This document shows, in pieces, positions 27,286 through 40,783 of a DNA stretch of 64,000 bases (its first letter is position 1; each line of letters starts with the position of its first letter). Both the position numbers and the translations under genes were made by a program. This DNA is from Macrostomum lignano (lineage: Eukaryota): assembly GCA_002269645.1 (NCBI GenBank), contig NIVC01003722.1, positions 1 through 64,000 of the forward strand, in the 5' to 3' direction. The notes beneath the pieces are model-generated. The model worked only from the letters and a program-made list of their open reading frames with translations. It did no database searches and was not told the origin of the DNA.

Positions 27286-28570
27286 TTTCGCCAAGAACGC
27301 TCTAAGTATTACGTAAAGCATCCTTTCTTGGAAAACATTCGAAGGCTGAATTTACTTGAAACAATACACTATCGTTTCTTTAAAGATTTTCTAAGAAGAA
27401 TGTTTCCAGTTCTGCCACGTGGGTCGTCCTTGCCTCTGGCTTGTCACCCTCACCTGCTCTATACGTCCCGCCACACCTCTAGTGCTGCAGTCAGCTTGTC
27501 TTGAGTAAGTGGAAGATTATTGTAGCTTATTTACAATGCAGTTGGGGTTTCCCTGCGATTAGATCGGACATACAGAGGCTAATCCCATGGCAAGTCCTTC
27601 CGTCCTGTTATTTGGCTGGTCAGTAATTAAAAAATTTGGGTTAACAATCGCTGGGCCACTCTGCCAGGCCTTCGGGTACAGCTGGCAACGGGGTTTGGAG
27701 TTTGGCGCGCATTTTTTGGCAGAATCGCTTATTACGCGCCTGCCTGGATGCGCGGCAATAATTTATTCAAGGGAGAGTAATAAATAATGCATCCCATAAG
27801 GCCCCTTCTAATTAATTAATTAGCAGTGATTCTGGCTGCCTCTGGCGATGCCCAGTACGAGAGAATGCTGCTGCTGCTGTGCATTCGAAAATCTTTAGGC
27901 TATGGCGAGCGTATGGACACACGTTTATTTTCTAAATTTTGGCAATGCCTCCCTTAGGGGCTGTATATCGTATAGCTCAGCTTGCTGGATGGACTCTTCA
28001 AAGTTCGAGCCCGGAAGGTCTACAACGATTTTCGTCAAATGGCTCTGCTGCGATTGTCAATTAAAATGATGCAACGTGGCACGCACAGGGAGCATGCGTG
28101 CCGCCGCGTCTTCTCATCTTTTGCGTGAGGGAGCACTGATTTTCGGAGGGGAGGGGGGGCGCTAGCTACATGTAAATTATTCACATTTCCAAAGCTTGGC
28201 TCTCGATGCCAGCCCTTGGAAATAAACTGCTTAATTAAACCTGGCGTGCCCTAATTGACTTTTCGCTTGACACCTGGAAACTGCTGGCTTGACAGTTTCA
28301 TTTTTTGCTGCATTAAAAAGATGGATAATTAAATCCGCTTTGGCGGAGGCGAGCGGCGGTTTTATTTCGAGGAATAATCTTTAATAAATGATAATTAGAC
28401 AGAGTCCCGCGATCACTCCTCAAGAGTTGCGAGCCGGGCGCGACTCTAGACTTCAATTTGCTCAGCCGGAATCTCCCAGTACTTCACTGGCCACCACTTC
28501 CGCATTCTGAAATTCGGGTCAATTCGGATCGATTGCAGGAATTCTGGTGTACGCTCGTAGAGACATGAGA

Positions 28571-28883
28571 GGGGAGGGCGTAGCCTACGCGCCTAGCGCG
28601 GCGCCCAGGCAAATTGGAATCACGGCTTGGCTTTGCTCGTGCAATTGAAGGCTTTGAGGGCCAACCCCCGAGGCACAGTGAAATGTACATGCCTAACGAT
28701 AAATAAAGTTAGGGCCGCTGTACACTCCTGTGTGAGTGTGTGCCTGTGCGTGTGACTGCGTACGTATCCGCGCGCTTGTGTGCCTGCTCAGGGAAGTCGG
28801 CGTAATGGGCAGTAATGCCTTTCGCCGGTTGTGTGACAATGTCGCCTAAAATGCGCCAGGGTGCACACAGCCCCCTGCCTCTT
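28571..28883 (+). mobile_element. SINE-like repeat, copy 2 (head degenerate)
   Basis: Collinear with 12161-12512 (tgcctaacgataaat...ggccgctgtacactcctgtgtgag...atgggcagtaatgcc...cacacagccc). Confidence 0.65.
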
Positions 28884-29321
28884 ATCTAAAAAACATACGG
28901 AGACCGACAGTAGCTTTATCATTACTATTATCACTTATACTCAGCAACATTGAAAAGCCGCCACCCTTTGCCCCAGTGAGCAGTGTCTCTATCAACTGGC
29001 CAACTATTTTGATATTAAAAATGCTTGAAAAACTATGAAAACCGGGCGGAAGTTTCAATCCATCCAATCTTCGCCCTCCACTCTTCCCAATCCCTCCTCA
29101 CTAGCTCAACTCTGCGTCGCGTGGCGCAAGTTGCGTCACTCAAAGTCAATACTGAGCTAGAATTTACTGCACACTCTCAAAGGTTGTTGAAGATCCTCAA
29201 AATGCCCTTTGCAGCAATACGCGGGTGTTGAAATTGGCACCCTACACCAAGGCCGATTTCATCAGCTTGCGCCCTGACATGAGAAGATAAAGAAGATTTA
29301 TTATAATCAGACAATGATCAC

Positions 29322-29542
29322 CTTTGAAACCGGTGGCCCAGCGCCGCCTTGACCGCCTCCGACACCAGCTGCCGCTGTCTGCCTTTGCCAGCCCGGACTG
29401 GCCAGGTCTCCCCAGCCTCCTCCAGGGGATCCTCGGCGCCGCCCGCCGACATCCGTGAGGGTCGCCCAGCCGCCTCGGCCGAGAGCAGCGCCAGGGTCAG
29501 CAGCAGCAGGAGACTGGCTTTGCCTCGCATCTCTATTCTCAT
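29322..29542 (-). CDS. First coding exon of a small secreted protein or peptide precursor; downstream exons not resolved
   Basis: Signal peptide MRGKASLLLLLTLALLSAEAA; acceptor at 29545-46 just before the ATG; phase-2 donor AG|GTGATC at 29321; a 5'UTR exon ends at a GTAAGC donor (29686). Confidence 0.55.
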
Positions 29543-29798
29543 CGCTGCGGTGCAGAGTCCGGTCTATTAACTACTTGGGAAAGTCTGAAGATAATTGTTG
29601 GGTGTCTATGTGAGCTTTGGAGACCGTAGCTTAGTCAGTTGGGGGGGGGGGAGTTTCGCTTATTGCTGAGCATAATTTCCGCTTACCTTGTGTCCAGGTG
29701 ACAAGAACCTCTTGAGCCTGCTTGGGTGAAGTCTATTAATAGCTGACCTGAAGCAACGACGCCCGTCGAAGCGGTTCGTTTCCCTGCTTATAGCCAAC

Positions 29799-29847
29799 TA
29801 TTTATAAAGGTAGCGGAACTCCCTGGTTGAGTGGAGTCTGAGCCAAT
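29799..29847 (-). promoter_or_regulatory. TATA box (29799-29806) and CCAAT box (29843-29847) for the 29542 gene
   Basis: TATAAATA on the minus strand with agccaatcag ~37 bp further upstream, positioned just 5' of the UTR exon. Confidence 0.45.
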
Positions 29848-30272
29848 CAGATGCTGAGGCTGCATGGGAGTTAGCGTTTTTATTATTACGATCCAATCCA
29901 TTAAATTGCTACATCATTGGCTGCATCACGGACGCACTGCAACGAGTCAAAGCCAGCAGAGGACCTGGAGTTCCTGAACTCGTTTCTAGGCGTTGTCGCA
30001 TTAATTTTAGGTGGAGCTCCCAGAGACTAAGAAGTAATTGAGTTTCTGAGGTGAGGCAATGAACGAAGTGCTCTGTCTGCGTATTAGAGGTCTCTGTCTG
30101 TCTGTGTGCTTGGGCGTTGCAAGGACTTCTCTCAATGAATAGGATTAAATGATTACATTCATAGCTCCCTGGTGGTAAATGCTAACCTGAACCAAGCACA
30201 GTGAAAATTTTTAATGATAAAAGCATTAAAATTTCCTCAAAATTTGCTAATGCGTTTTAGGTAAAAAAATCG

Positions 30273-30441
<169 letters not shown>

Positions 30442-30764
30442 GATTTTCTGTTCGCGAAGTACGTAACGGCGATCTGGTTGAAGACAGCTACATTGTAGGC
30501 CAACCCCCAATTACGCGACTATTATTTTTAGCAAGACTCCTTTAGCAGCGGTTCGCTATTATACTGCCAACAGTGCTCACTGCTCAGCATTCAATTATAC
30601 TCTATGGGATTGATATTACTGCAAATGTCCGTGAGACTTTACTAATGGTAGTAGCATTCCCAGCAACTGCCTAAACGGAGTCCTGCATCTACTCGTGACT
30701 TTTGTTTGAGCTGCTTATAGCTGCTCTTGTAACGCCTGTTTCTCCTGTAACAGCCTCCCGTCAC

Positions 30765-30967
30765 TTCTCAGTCTGTCACATCATTCCGTCACTTCTCATG
30801 CTGTCACATCATTCCGTCACTTCTCAGTCTGTCACATCATTCCGTCACTTCTCAGGCTGTCACATCATTCCGTCACTTCTCAGTCTGTCACATTATTCCG
30901 TCACTTCTCAGTCTGTCACATCATTCCGTCACTTCTCAGTCTGTCACATCATTCCTTCACTTCTAGT
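30765..30967. repeat. 28-bp minisatellite (TCATTCCGTCACTTCTCAGTCTGTCACA)n
   Basis: About 7 tandem copies. Confidence 0.9.
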
Positions 30968-31238
30968 CACTTTGTTAAAATTACTCTTAAGTATTTTTGG
31001 AATAAAAAAGCGCAACTGAAAACTTATCAAGTTATTTGCCAGCTTAAATAGTTATAGAGATAGAGAGCGTCTGCTAAATAGATTTAAGATAAAGAGATGG
31101 CGCACAAAATAAGAGCTGTGACAATTCCAATGATCAACTGATCGTGCCCTAAAATTAAGTCATATTAATTATTTTTTCTCTGCTAGCTGCATGTCAAGCG
31201 CAGTCAAATCCATCACTAGCTGGTCCCTGACTCGCCGG

Positions 31239-34098
31239 CTAATACGTTGGACACCAGCTAGAAGCGTTCTTGACCGCGGTGACAAAAATCAGCAGCAAGA
31301 CGGCCACAGAGCAGCTGACGGAGCAGATTATCAGCAGGCGGTCAATCGCTGAGCCAATCTGCTGCCACTCGGATCCCGGACTGGTTTTGATTGTTGTCAT
31401 GGAAACCGACTCGAGCGATTGGGCTTGGTTGCTCTCCTTGCAGTTCTCAACGCTTTGCTGCAAAAATTGTGCGACAGTTGCTAACTGCATCCGAGTGAGT
31501 TATTAAAGACTCAGAACTTTATGCTCACCACAGTGTTCTTCCAGCCGCACAGGCGGTTGAGGAACAGCAGCCTCAGCACTGGGCTGCTCACAGCCTCCCG
31601 CGATGCAGCTCTCCTGTAGCACAGGTGCACAACTATGCTGCCGATTGTGCTCAGAGCGGTCACAGCCATGGCCACCGTGAAGTACCAGGCTGGGGATGGG
31701 CAGAGACAGACTTGGCTCAGTGTAGCTGCATAGCACAGCACAGCACAGCACAGCACAGCACAATACAGCACAGCACAGCACAGCACAGCACAGCACAATA
31801 CAGCACAGTACAGCACAGCACAGCACAGCACAGCACAGCACAGCACAACACAGCACAGCACAGCACAGCACAGCACAGCACAGCACAGCACAGCACACAT
31901 CAATAGCCATACACTCTGACTCACTGAGCACTGGAACAGACTCGCTCTGAGCAGGGGTGATGCTGCCCGCCAGCTGCAGGAACACACTCATTGACAGCAG
32001 GATGGCCACATTCAGTGCCAGTCGGTCGCCCGAGTCCGCTGGCAGGAGAAAGCCGAAGATGCAGGTGGCGAGGATGAGGGCGCTGGGGATGATGAGCACG
32101 ATGACGTAGTAGAGGGGCCGCCTCTGCAAAGGGATGGGGAGCGGGAGACTGAGCGGGCACTTAATGCCGAGCCTCGGGGACCTTTATATACGAGTATCTA
32201 GTTTCTATCTCACCTTGAAGCTGACAGTGATATTCACTATGTCGTGTTGTCCCATCTTACTATTCCAGGATGTATTGACATTGGTGACGCAGAATTCATT
32301 ATTTTGGCTAGCAGTCACGACAATCTGCTGGTCATTGGGTCTTGGTAAAGCCTTCAGCCTGATGTATTTACTACCCTTCGCTACTGAGGACAGGTAGATT
32401 GAGCAGTGCTGGGAGTCGAACGGGAAATCGTTCAGCTTCATCTTGCACTTGTTGGTTGTGCCGTAGGACAGCAGTGCCGTGACCTGGCCATTCGCGAGCA
32501 CCTTCGCTAGCAGCCTGTTCTTCTCGAAGCTGCGAATGTCGATGCTATGAGAGAGGTTGAGTAGCTTTTAAGTGAGTTGGTGTCAAAAGTGCAATAATCA
32601 TCGTATACTTTTTTATAAGCTTTAGTGAATCATATTTGAGTTAGTAGCCAGCCAAAGATCATGAAAGATACATCGCTTCATATCTTTTTACTTATCATTA
32701 TAAGTAAAGTACCAGTCAGAGGTTTGAATTATAAGCCGCAAAAACACCAAATATTTCTAATACTGAATACCACGGACAACTAAAGCAACGTACAGGACGC
32801 GACACTGTACGAGCTAAATCTATACAAAATGTTTTGAAGGCCACTGTTCGCCGAGAAATACACTATGTAGATAGAAAGTTTTCATTTTTTCAGCTCAAAA
32901 ATTGTTATTGCTTTCAATAGGAGGCAGACCCAATGCTCATCTTTGAGTTGTCCTTGGCTTACTGTGTAACAATATGTGTAACAGAAATGATAAAATAGAT
33001 GCATACGAGCTAAAACTAAAGATTCGAGCCGTGCCATGCATTTTAATGATTTTTTAGGTACAGGAAATGTACGTAGAATATGAAATTAACATAGAATCCC
33101 AATTTTCCGAACAAAGAGCTTTACGAATATCAATAGAGATCTTATCCAAAGATGAGCATTGCGTCTGCCTCCTATCGAAAGCAATAACAATTTTTATGCT
33201 GAAAAAAGAGAACTTCCTATCTCCGTAGTTCTACCATGTCCTTCTACTTTAGTAGTCCTTGCTGAATACTACTTTCGATTGTTGGCAATTCAGTAGTATC
33301 GACTAATTTTGAATCAATTTTTATCAGGAGCGAATCTGGTGATTGGCCAGTTGTGCCGTCTGAACGGATTTTGCAATGGTTCGCTCCTTCATCCAACGTG
33401 GAGCTGTGGGATTTCGAGGAGTTTGAGACGCGATCCCGGACGAGAAGAGAAGATAAGAGCAACTTTTGCACTTGAGCTATGGAGCTAATAAACTGAAATC
33501 TGATGTCGCACTCACGGCCTCATCACAATGACATCCGGCACCCAAATCATGTCGAGTGGCAGGAAGATTTCGTCAGTTGTCAGCAGCTCAGCATTGCCCG
33601 ACCTGTCCCAGGCCAGTCTCCTGTCAGTCCATTGCTTGGGGGCGGAAGAGTTACAAAGGTTTTTTTCAGCATGAATGTAACATCAATATTTCTAATAACT
33701 CATCAAGCTTACCAGCATTATGTAGCTGTCAAGAGAAAACAACTGCTTCACATCATTCTGGAACAGCACAAGATGGAGCATCGTTATCGGACAGGGGTTA
33801 ATTGAATTAGCGCTAGCGCTACATCACTATTTTTGGACATCTATGGTATTTACTGGTGCCAACTCACCACTTCAAGCAGCTCGTTGACAAGGCAGTCCAC
33901 AGTAACCAAGGTAGCGGTGCCATTGTCCTGCGGCGGAGCCGCCTCCTTGCAGTACCTGGCGGTCAGGTTCAGCCATCGGATCACCTGCTCCTCTCCAGAT
34001 GCCGCTTCTTCTGTTTGAGAATGCACTCCTGATGACAGCAAGACGAGCACTGCTACGCAGAGTCTGCAGCAGAGGTCTGAGTATTGTTGAGTCCGCAT
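31239..34098 (-). CDS. Cys-loop ligand-gated ion channel subunit, nAChR-like (paralog D), ~434 aa
   Basis: Exons 34098-33868, 33757-33713 (45 bp), 33634-33516, 32544-32214, 32123-31925, 31689-31529, 31457-31239. Signal peptide, QWTDRRLAW, WVPDV, Cys-loop CKMKLNDFPFDSQHC, M1-M3, M4 EWQQIGSAIDRL; frames consistent. Confidence 0.92.
32862..33229. mobile_element. MITE-like element with ~85-bp TIRs in paralog D intron 3
   Basis: 32862-~32945 is the reverse complement of ~33148-33229 (attgttattgctttc...ggaggcagac...aatgctcatctttg); TSD not clear. Confidence 0.65.
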
Positions 34099-34572
34099 CG
34101 ATCTATTCGGGTAGGAGCGCAGGCTCACACAGCAGTATTTGCCAAGTATCACAGCGCCAGACTGCTAGCAGTTCACCAAACTAAGTAAGCAGAGCATGAA
34201 CTGATGTAGACAAGCCTCTTATATATACATACTAGAGCAAATGCAGCCTTTTGCTATAACCAATAAGCTGATTGCGATTGCTGAGCTGAGTGAATGCGAC
34301 GCTGATAAAGCAGTTGGTGGCATATTGGCCTGCCGTTTCCCCGACTCACTTTGCTCAGCGACTGCAAGGCTTTAATTAACAGTCACGACAGTTAAACCAA
34401 GCACTGAGCAGAGCACACAAAGGGCCGGGTTAGCATGGTGCTCAAATATTGAATTAGTAGAAGCTATCGCTGGGAAGCTTCAGAGTTGAATTTGTTTAAG
34501 CTGTGAGCAAGCGAAGTGACCATGGCAACATTTTTCGAGAAAGTGAACTTTCCGGTGCCCTTGCAGTTCACT

Positions 34573-34640
34573 GCCTAACGGATGAGAAAGTCAGGGCCGC
34601 TGTACACCCAGTGTGAGCGAGTGCGTAATCCGTATATGTA
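34573..34640 (+). mobile_element. Partial third copy of the SINE-like body
   Basis: tgcctaacg...agggccgctgtacac...gtgtgag matches the core of 12161-12512 and 28571-28883. Confidence 0.4.
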
Positions 34641-35764
34641 CTTGGCAGCGGCCAAGGTACTCAACTTGAAGCAGACTAGAGTAAGTTCAGCTGCGCGCCA
34701 CTTCAATTCGGCGACTCAAACTTTAATTAATGAGAGTCCGTGCAGCTTATCAACTTTCGTGCTGTCGTCCGTCAGACACATGGGTTTGATTCCGAGAAGA
34801 ACAGTTAGTTTTCTGAGTTGCTTCAACTATTGGATATTGTTCAGAGTTGCCTAATTAGATTCTATTAACTCGGCTCTCTTCGTCACTGATGCACCGAATC
34901 AATTTGCTTAAGTGCTACTCAATTGTTTGCTTCCAGCCACCTAGCCAGTGCCCCGGCCGTATTGTCATGCAATTGTCCAATTTGTCAACTCTAGCTGTTC
35001 ATCAAATATTATCCGTAAGAGTGCGTGACACTTACGGTGTGGTTTGTGACCGGTCGGATGTTCTTTCTCTCCGGCCTCCGTCGCGCCCCGTCTCCGTCTC
35101 TCTGGCGCACCCACCTCCCCCCGATCTGGCTTTAAGGCCTTCTTCTCGCGTTGATTTGCCTCCCCTTTGTCTGTTTGCAGGGACTGCTAAAAATAGCATC
35201 ACTGTGGTGCCAGCTCTAGAAGTCCCTGGCGATCCCTTGTAGGTGTTCGCGTCTGGCTTCTTTCGTGCTCTGACTGTGGAGTTAATGAAACCATTTATAC
35301 TTCCGGCTCAGTACCATCTTCATTTTAATAAGCTCCCGTCTCAAACTCACTGCACTTACATGTAATAGACACATGGAAAGCTAAACCTTGACTATATCAG
35401 TATCGTAAGATCTAATCGAATGAGGAATTCTGAAGCTAATGTTTTTCACTAATATAGGTACAAGTAAAACCCACGATGCCCTCAACTCCGGAGGTAATTA
35501 CATCAGTCCGAAAGATTCAGTCTTCAGTTGTCTTGAAACAAGTGCAATGCGTCAAAATGATTATTATAGTTTAACAAGATAAAATATAGTTGTAATATAT
35601 ATCTGCTGCGGCAGTTTGGTTAACTGGCCTATTGGTTCAATAATTAGCTGCTAGTGTTGGCTGCTGGAGTATTGCACGGTACACAGCTGATGTGTTAGTT
35701 TATTAAGGAGTTAGTTTAGTAGGCCTTAAACTCGAATTGATGAGCTCGGTCATCAGCATCCCGC

Positions 35765-38700
35765 CTAGTTGCTCTTGTTAGCGGTGGCGCCCAGCAGCAC
35801 GGTGACGGCCACGGAGAGGCTCACAACGCAGACCAGCATCAGTCTGTCCAGCACGCAGCTCACATGCAGCCACTCGTCTCCAGGATCGCGGCAGCCGTCC
35901 TGGACGCTGGCGAGGCTGCTGCTGGATGATGAGGCGGCCGCGGCCTTCGATGTGGCGCTGCTGACTCGGTAATTCTGGCGAAAAATGAGAGCAATTTAAA
36001 GATTCGACAAGCTGTCAGCAGATAAAGTAAGAGCAACGTCGGAAAATCTAAGTACATATGAGAGAGCACGCACCGACCAGCCGCACAGGCGGTTGAGGAA
36101 CAACAGCCTCAGCACTGGGCTGCTCACAGCCTCCCGCGATGCAGCTCTCCTGTAGCACAGGTGCACAACTATGCTGCCGATTGTGCTCAGAGCGGTCACA
36201 GCCATGGCCACCGTGAAGTACCAGGCTGGGGATGGGCAGAGACAGGCTTGGCTCAGTGTAGCTGCACAACACAGCACAGCACAGTACACCACAGCATAGC
36301 ACAGCACAGCACAGCATAGCACAGCACAGCACAGCACAGCACAGCACAGCACAGCACAGCACAGCACAGCACAGCACAGCACAGCACAGCACAGCACACA
36401 GCCCAGCACAGCACAGCACAGCACAGCACAACACAGCACAGCACAGCACAGCACAGCACAGCACAGCACAATACAGCACAGCACAGCACAGCACAGCACA
36501 GCACAGCACAGCACAATACAGCACAGCACAGCACAGCACAGCACAGCACAGTACAGTACAGCACAATACAGCACAGCACAGCACAGCACAGCACAGCACA
36601 GCACAGCACAGCACAGCACAGCACAGCACAACACAGCCCAGCACAGCACAGCACAGCACAGCACAACACAGCACAGCACAGCACAGCACAGCACAGCACA
36701 GCACAATACAGCACAGCACAGCACAGCACAGCACAGCACAGCACAGCACAATACAGCACAGCACAGCACAGCACAGCACAGCACAGTACAGTACAGCACA
36801 ATACAGCACAGCACAGCACAGCACAGCACAGCACAGTACAGCACAGTACAGTACAGCACAGCACACATCAATAGCCATACACTCTGACTCACTGAGCACG
36901 GGAACGGACTCGCTCTGAGCAGGAGTGATGCTGCCCGCCAGCTGCAGGAACACACTCATTGACAGCAGGATGGCCACATTCAGTGCCAGTCGGTCGCCCG
37001 AGTCCGCTGGTAGGAGAAAGCCGAAGATGCAGGTGGCGAGGATGAGGGCGCTGGGGATGATGAGCACGATGATGTAGTAGAGGGGCCGCCTCTGCAATGG
37101 GATGGGGAGCGGGAGGCTGAGCGGGTAGTCAGAACAGAGACTGCTGTGCAATGAGTGAGTACCCAGCACCTCTCAAACATGCGGTATCTTACCTCGAATT
37201 CAACTGTAACCAAAAGCTTCTTGAATTGGGGAAATTGGGTGCTGAAGTCAATAATGACTGAGCGCACACTAGTAACACAGTACTCATTGTTCTGCAGGTT
37301 TATCTCGCTGTAGTTGATAGGCAGCCCACTTTTTATCTCAAGCTGCAAAAGCGTCTGCTTCTTCGCCGCTGACGAGAAAGAAAACTGGCAAACTTGCGTG
37401 TCAAATGGAAAGTCGCGCATCTTCAGCGGGCACTTGATGGTTATGCCGAGCGGCGTTTCCAGTTTCATCCTACCGTTCGAGCTCACGTCAACCAAGAATT
37501 TGTTGGTTTCAAAGCTTTTGACGTCAACCCTGTCAAAATATTTACGAGAGTATTTGATAAAAGACTGGGCTGTCTATGGCCGAGTGCAGTTCTGTGGCAG
37601 TGGCTTTGGTTGGCTTCATTGTCTATGGCCGAGTGCAGCTCTGTGGCAGTGGCTTTGGTTGGCTTTATTGTCAATGGCCGAGTGCAGTTCTGTGGCAGTG
37701 GCTTTGGTTGGCTTCATTGTCTATGGCCGAGTGCAGTTCTGTGGCAGTGGCTTTGGTTGGCTTCATTGTCTATGGCCGAGTGCAGCTCTGTGGCAGTGGC
37801 TTTGGTTGGCTTCATTGTCTATGGCCGAGTGCAGCTCTGTGGCAGTGGCTTTGGTTGGCTTTATTGTCAATGGCCGAGTGCAGTTCTGTGGCAGTGGCTT
37901 TGGTTGGCTTTATTGTCTATGGCCGAGTGCAGCTCTGTGGCAGTGGCTTTGGTTGGCTTTATTGTCTATGGCCGAGTGCAGCTCTGTGGCAGTGGCTTTG
38001 GTTGGCTTTATTGTCTATGGCCGAGTGCAGCTCTGTGGCAGTGGCTTTGGTTGGCTTTATTGTCTATGGCCGAGTGCAGCTCTGTGGCAGTGGCTTTGAT
38101 AGGCTTTATTGTCTATGGCCGAGTGCAGTTCTGTGGCAGTGGCTTTGGTTGGCTTTATTGTCTATGGCCGAGTGCAGTTCTGTGGCAGTGGCTTTGGTTG
38201 GCTTTATTGTCTATGGCCGAGTGCAGCTCTGTGGCAGTGGCTTTGGTTGGCTTTATTGTCTATGGCCGAGTGCAGTTCTGTGGCAGTGACTTTGGTTGGC
38301 TTTATTGTCTATGGCCGAGTGCAGTTCTGTGGCAGTGGCTTTGGTTGGCTTTATTGTCTATGGCCGAGTGCAGCTCTGTGGCAGTGGCTTTGGTTGGCTT
38401 TATTGTCTATGGCCGAGTGCAGCTCTGTGGCAGTGGCTTTGATAGGCTTTTTTGATAGGCTGCAGCGAAAGGGGACTCTCCACCTGATCGGCTTTATTAT
38501 CAACCAATATAAAAATCAATGCCATATTAAATTGGCAAACAGAACTCACGGATGGCTCAGACTCAAGTCCGGAAGCCACACATAGTCTGTTGGTAGAAAG
38601 ATCTTCTCAAACTTGGCCAGTTTGGGATCGTCGGTCTCGTTCCAGGCGAGTCGCAAATCCGTCCAAAACTGAAAATTCAGAGTTGTTCGAGGGCGGCCGA

Positions 38701-39190
38701 GGCAGGTGTTGCGGTAGATGTGCAGCTGCTACTCATTCAGGTAACTTAAAGGTGGATTATCTAGGAGTCAAACTCACCATCATTATCCAGAGATCCAAGG
38801 ACACTAGCTGATTCACAACATCCTACAAAGCGTTTTTTCAGGCTGATTTAACTGCTTTTAAACCGATTACAGTGGCTATCGCATTTTTGAGTAAAAGTTT
38901 GAGCAAAAACCTGTAAGTTTGGGGAGTTAAAATAAGATATACAATACTGCACCCTCAGTGGCACTCACCACGCTGCTGATTCTGATGAGTTTAGTTCTAA
39001 ACTTGATTACATTGGCCGTGCCGTTGTCTGGCGGAGGTGCCGCCACCTTGTAGTAGCCGGAGGTGATGTTCAGCAGCCGGATGATCCTCTCTTCGGTTGA
39101 CATCCTGGAAGGCTCCTTCGCCGAGCAGACGGCGGCCTGGAGGACCAGCAACGTCAATGTCAACGCCAGAATAATCCCCTGTCTCAGCAT
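35765..39190 (-). CDS. Cys-loop ligand-gated ion channel subunit, nAChR-like (paralog C), ~427 aa
   Basis: Exons 39190-38969, 38822-38778, 38668-38550, 37529-37193, 37091-36893, 36225-36074, 35974-35765. FWTDLRLAW, WLPDL, Cys-loop CPLKMRDFPFDTQVC, M4 EWLHVSCVLDRL. Confidence 0.92.
36226..36892. repeat. (CAGCA)n microsatellite intron of paralog C; homologous tracts in D (31690-31924), B (41077-41361) and A (46599-46818)
   Basis: Pentanucleotide repeat with shared non-repetitive flanks in all four genes; explains the CCAVL and AQHST ORFs. Confidence 0.95.
37565..38458. repeat. 49-bp minisatellite in paralog C intron 3
   Basis: Unit CTATGGCCGAGTGCAGCTCTGTGGCAGTGGCTTTGGTTGGCTTTATTGT. Confidence 0.95.
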
Positions 39191-39679
39191 TGCTCACTGG
39201 CTGAATTCAGCTGTGCTAATCCGGTGATCTTCATCGAATCCCCCGATGGTTTTATTCGTTAAATATTTCCCACAGGGGAGAACCACTTTGGGAAATTGCT
39301 GAATTAGATTCTGACAACTACCCGGCTCTCTAATTGACTGTAGTGCAGCTGAGAGAGCATCCCGTAAATAGGTTATCGTCTAAGTCAATTTGATGGATTG
39401 GCAAGCATTGTTTGCTTTCAGCATTATCCTCTGCCTTTTTAGCCACCAATCAAACCCAATTTACTCGTCGTAATGCAAATTTGCGAATTTTCGTTGACCA
39501 GCAAATGTCTGCTGAGCAAACTTTTCGCTACAATAGACACTAAGTCCATTAAAGGCTCGTTAATCAAAGGTCCATTATTGGTACTGATAAAAATTGGAGG
39601 TTGCGACAGACACGGAATGGGCGGAGACAGGCTTGGCTCAGTGTAGCTTTTTTGTTACCAATGTGTTTTTTTGGTTAAA

Positions 39680-39895
39680 AAGCACATCGGTAACAGAACG
39701 GGAGGTTAAAAAGCACATTGGTAACAGAACGGGAGGTTAAAAAGTACATTGGTAACAGAACGGGAGGTTAAAAAGCACATCGGTAACAGAACTGGAGGTT
39801 AAAACAGACACATTGGTAACAGAACGGGAGGTTAAAAAGCACATTGGTAACAGAACGGGAGGTTAAAAAGCACATTGGTAACAGAACGGGAGGTT
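39680..39895. repeat. 31-bp minisatellite (GGTAACAGAACGGGAGGTTAAAAAGCACATT)n
   Basis: About 7 tandem copies. Confidence 0.9.
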
Positions 39896-40049
39896 GAGCT
39901 TGGGACACCTACACCTACACAAGGGACACCTTGGGACAACTGCGAAGGGACACAATATTATTACTATACAAGTGAGTCGATAAATTATTGTTTAAATTAC
40001 GACTCGAATGACAGCTGCTCTCACAATATTTGAATTAATAAATAGCTAT

Positions 40050-40698
40050 TGACTCATTGGTACACAGCCATTGGCTCATTGGTACATAGACAAAAGTTCT
40101 TTGGTACACAGCCATTGGCTCATTGGTACACAGACAAATAGTTCTTTGGTACACAGTCATTGGCTCATTAATATACAGACAAAAGTTCTTTGGTACACAG
40201 CCATTGGCTCATTAATATACAGACAAAAGTTCTTTGGTACACAGCCATTGGCTCATTGGTACACAGACAAAAGTTCTTTGGTACACAGTAATTGGCTCAT
40301 TGGTACACAGACAAAAGTTCTTTGGTACACAGTAATTGGCTCATTGGTACACAGACAAATAGTTCTTTGGTACACAGCCATTGGCTCATTGGTACACAGT
40401 TATTGGCTCATTGGCACACACTTATTGGCTCATTGGTACACAGACAAATAGTTCTTTGGTACACAGCCATTGGCTCATTGGTACACAGTTATTGGCTCAT
40501 TGGTACACAGTTATTGGCTCATTGGTACACAGACAAATAGTTCTTTGGTACACAGCCATTGGCTCATTGGTACACAGTTATTGGCTCATTGGCACACACT
40601 TATTGGCTCATTGGTACACAGACAAAAAGTTCTTTGGTACACAGCCATTGGCTCATTGGTACACAGCCATTGGCTCATTGGTACACAGTTATTGGCTC
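40050..40698. repeat. Composite 22/44-bp minisatellite (ATTGGCTCATTGGTACACAG...)
   Basis: Tandem units with mixed subunits. Confidence 0.9.
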
Positions 40699-40783
40699 GT
40701 TTAAAAACAGTTATAATTTTATGATGCCATTCAGATGATTTTGCTAGTGTGTCACGTTTAGTAAGAGGTCGGTGTCAAATCCA

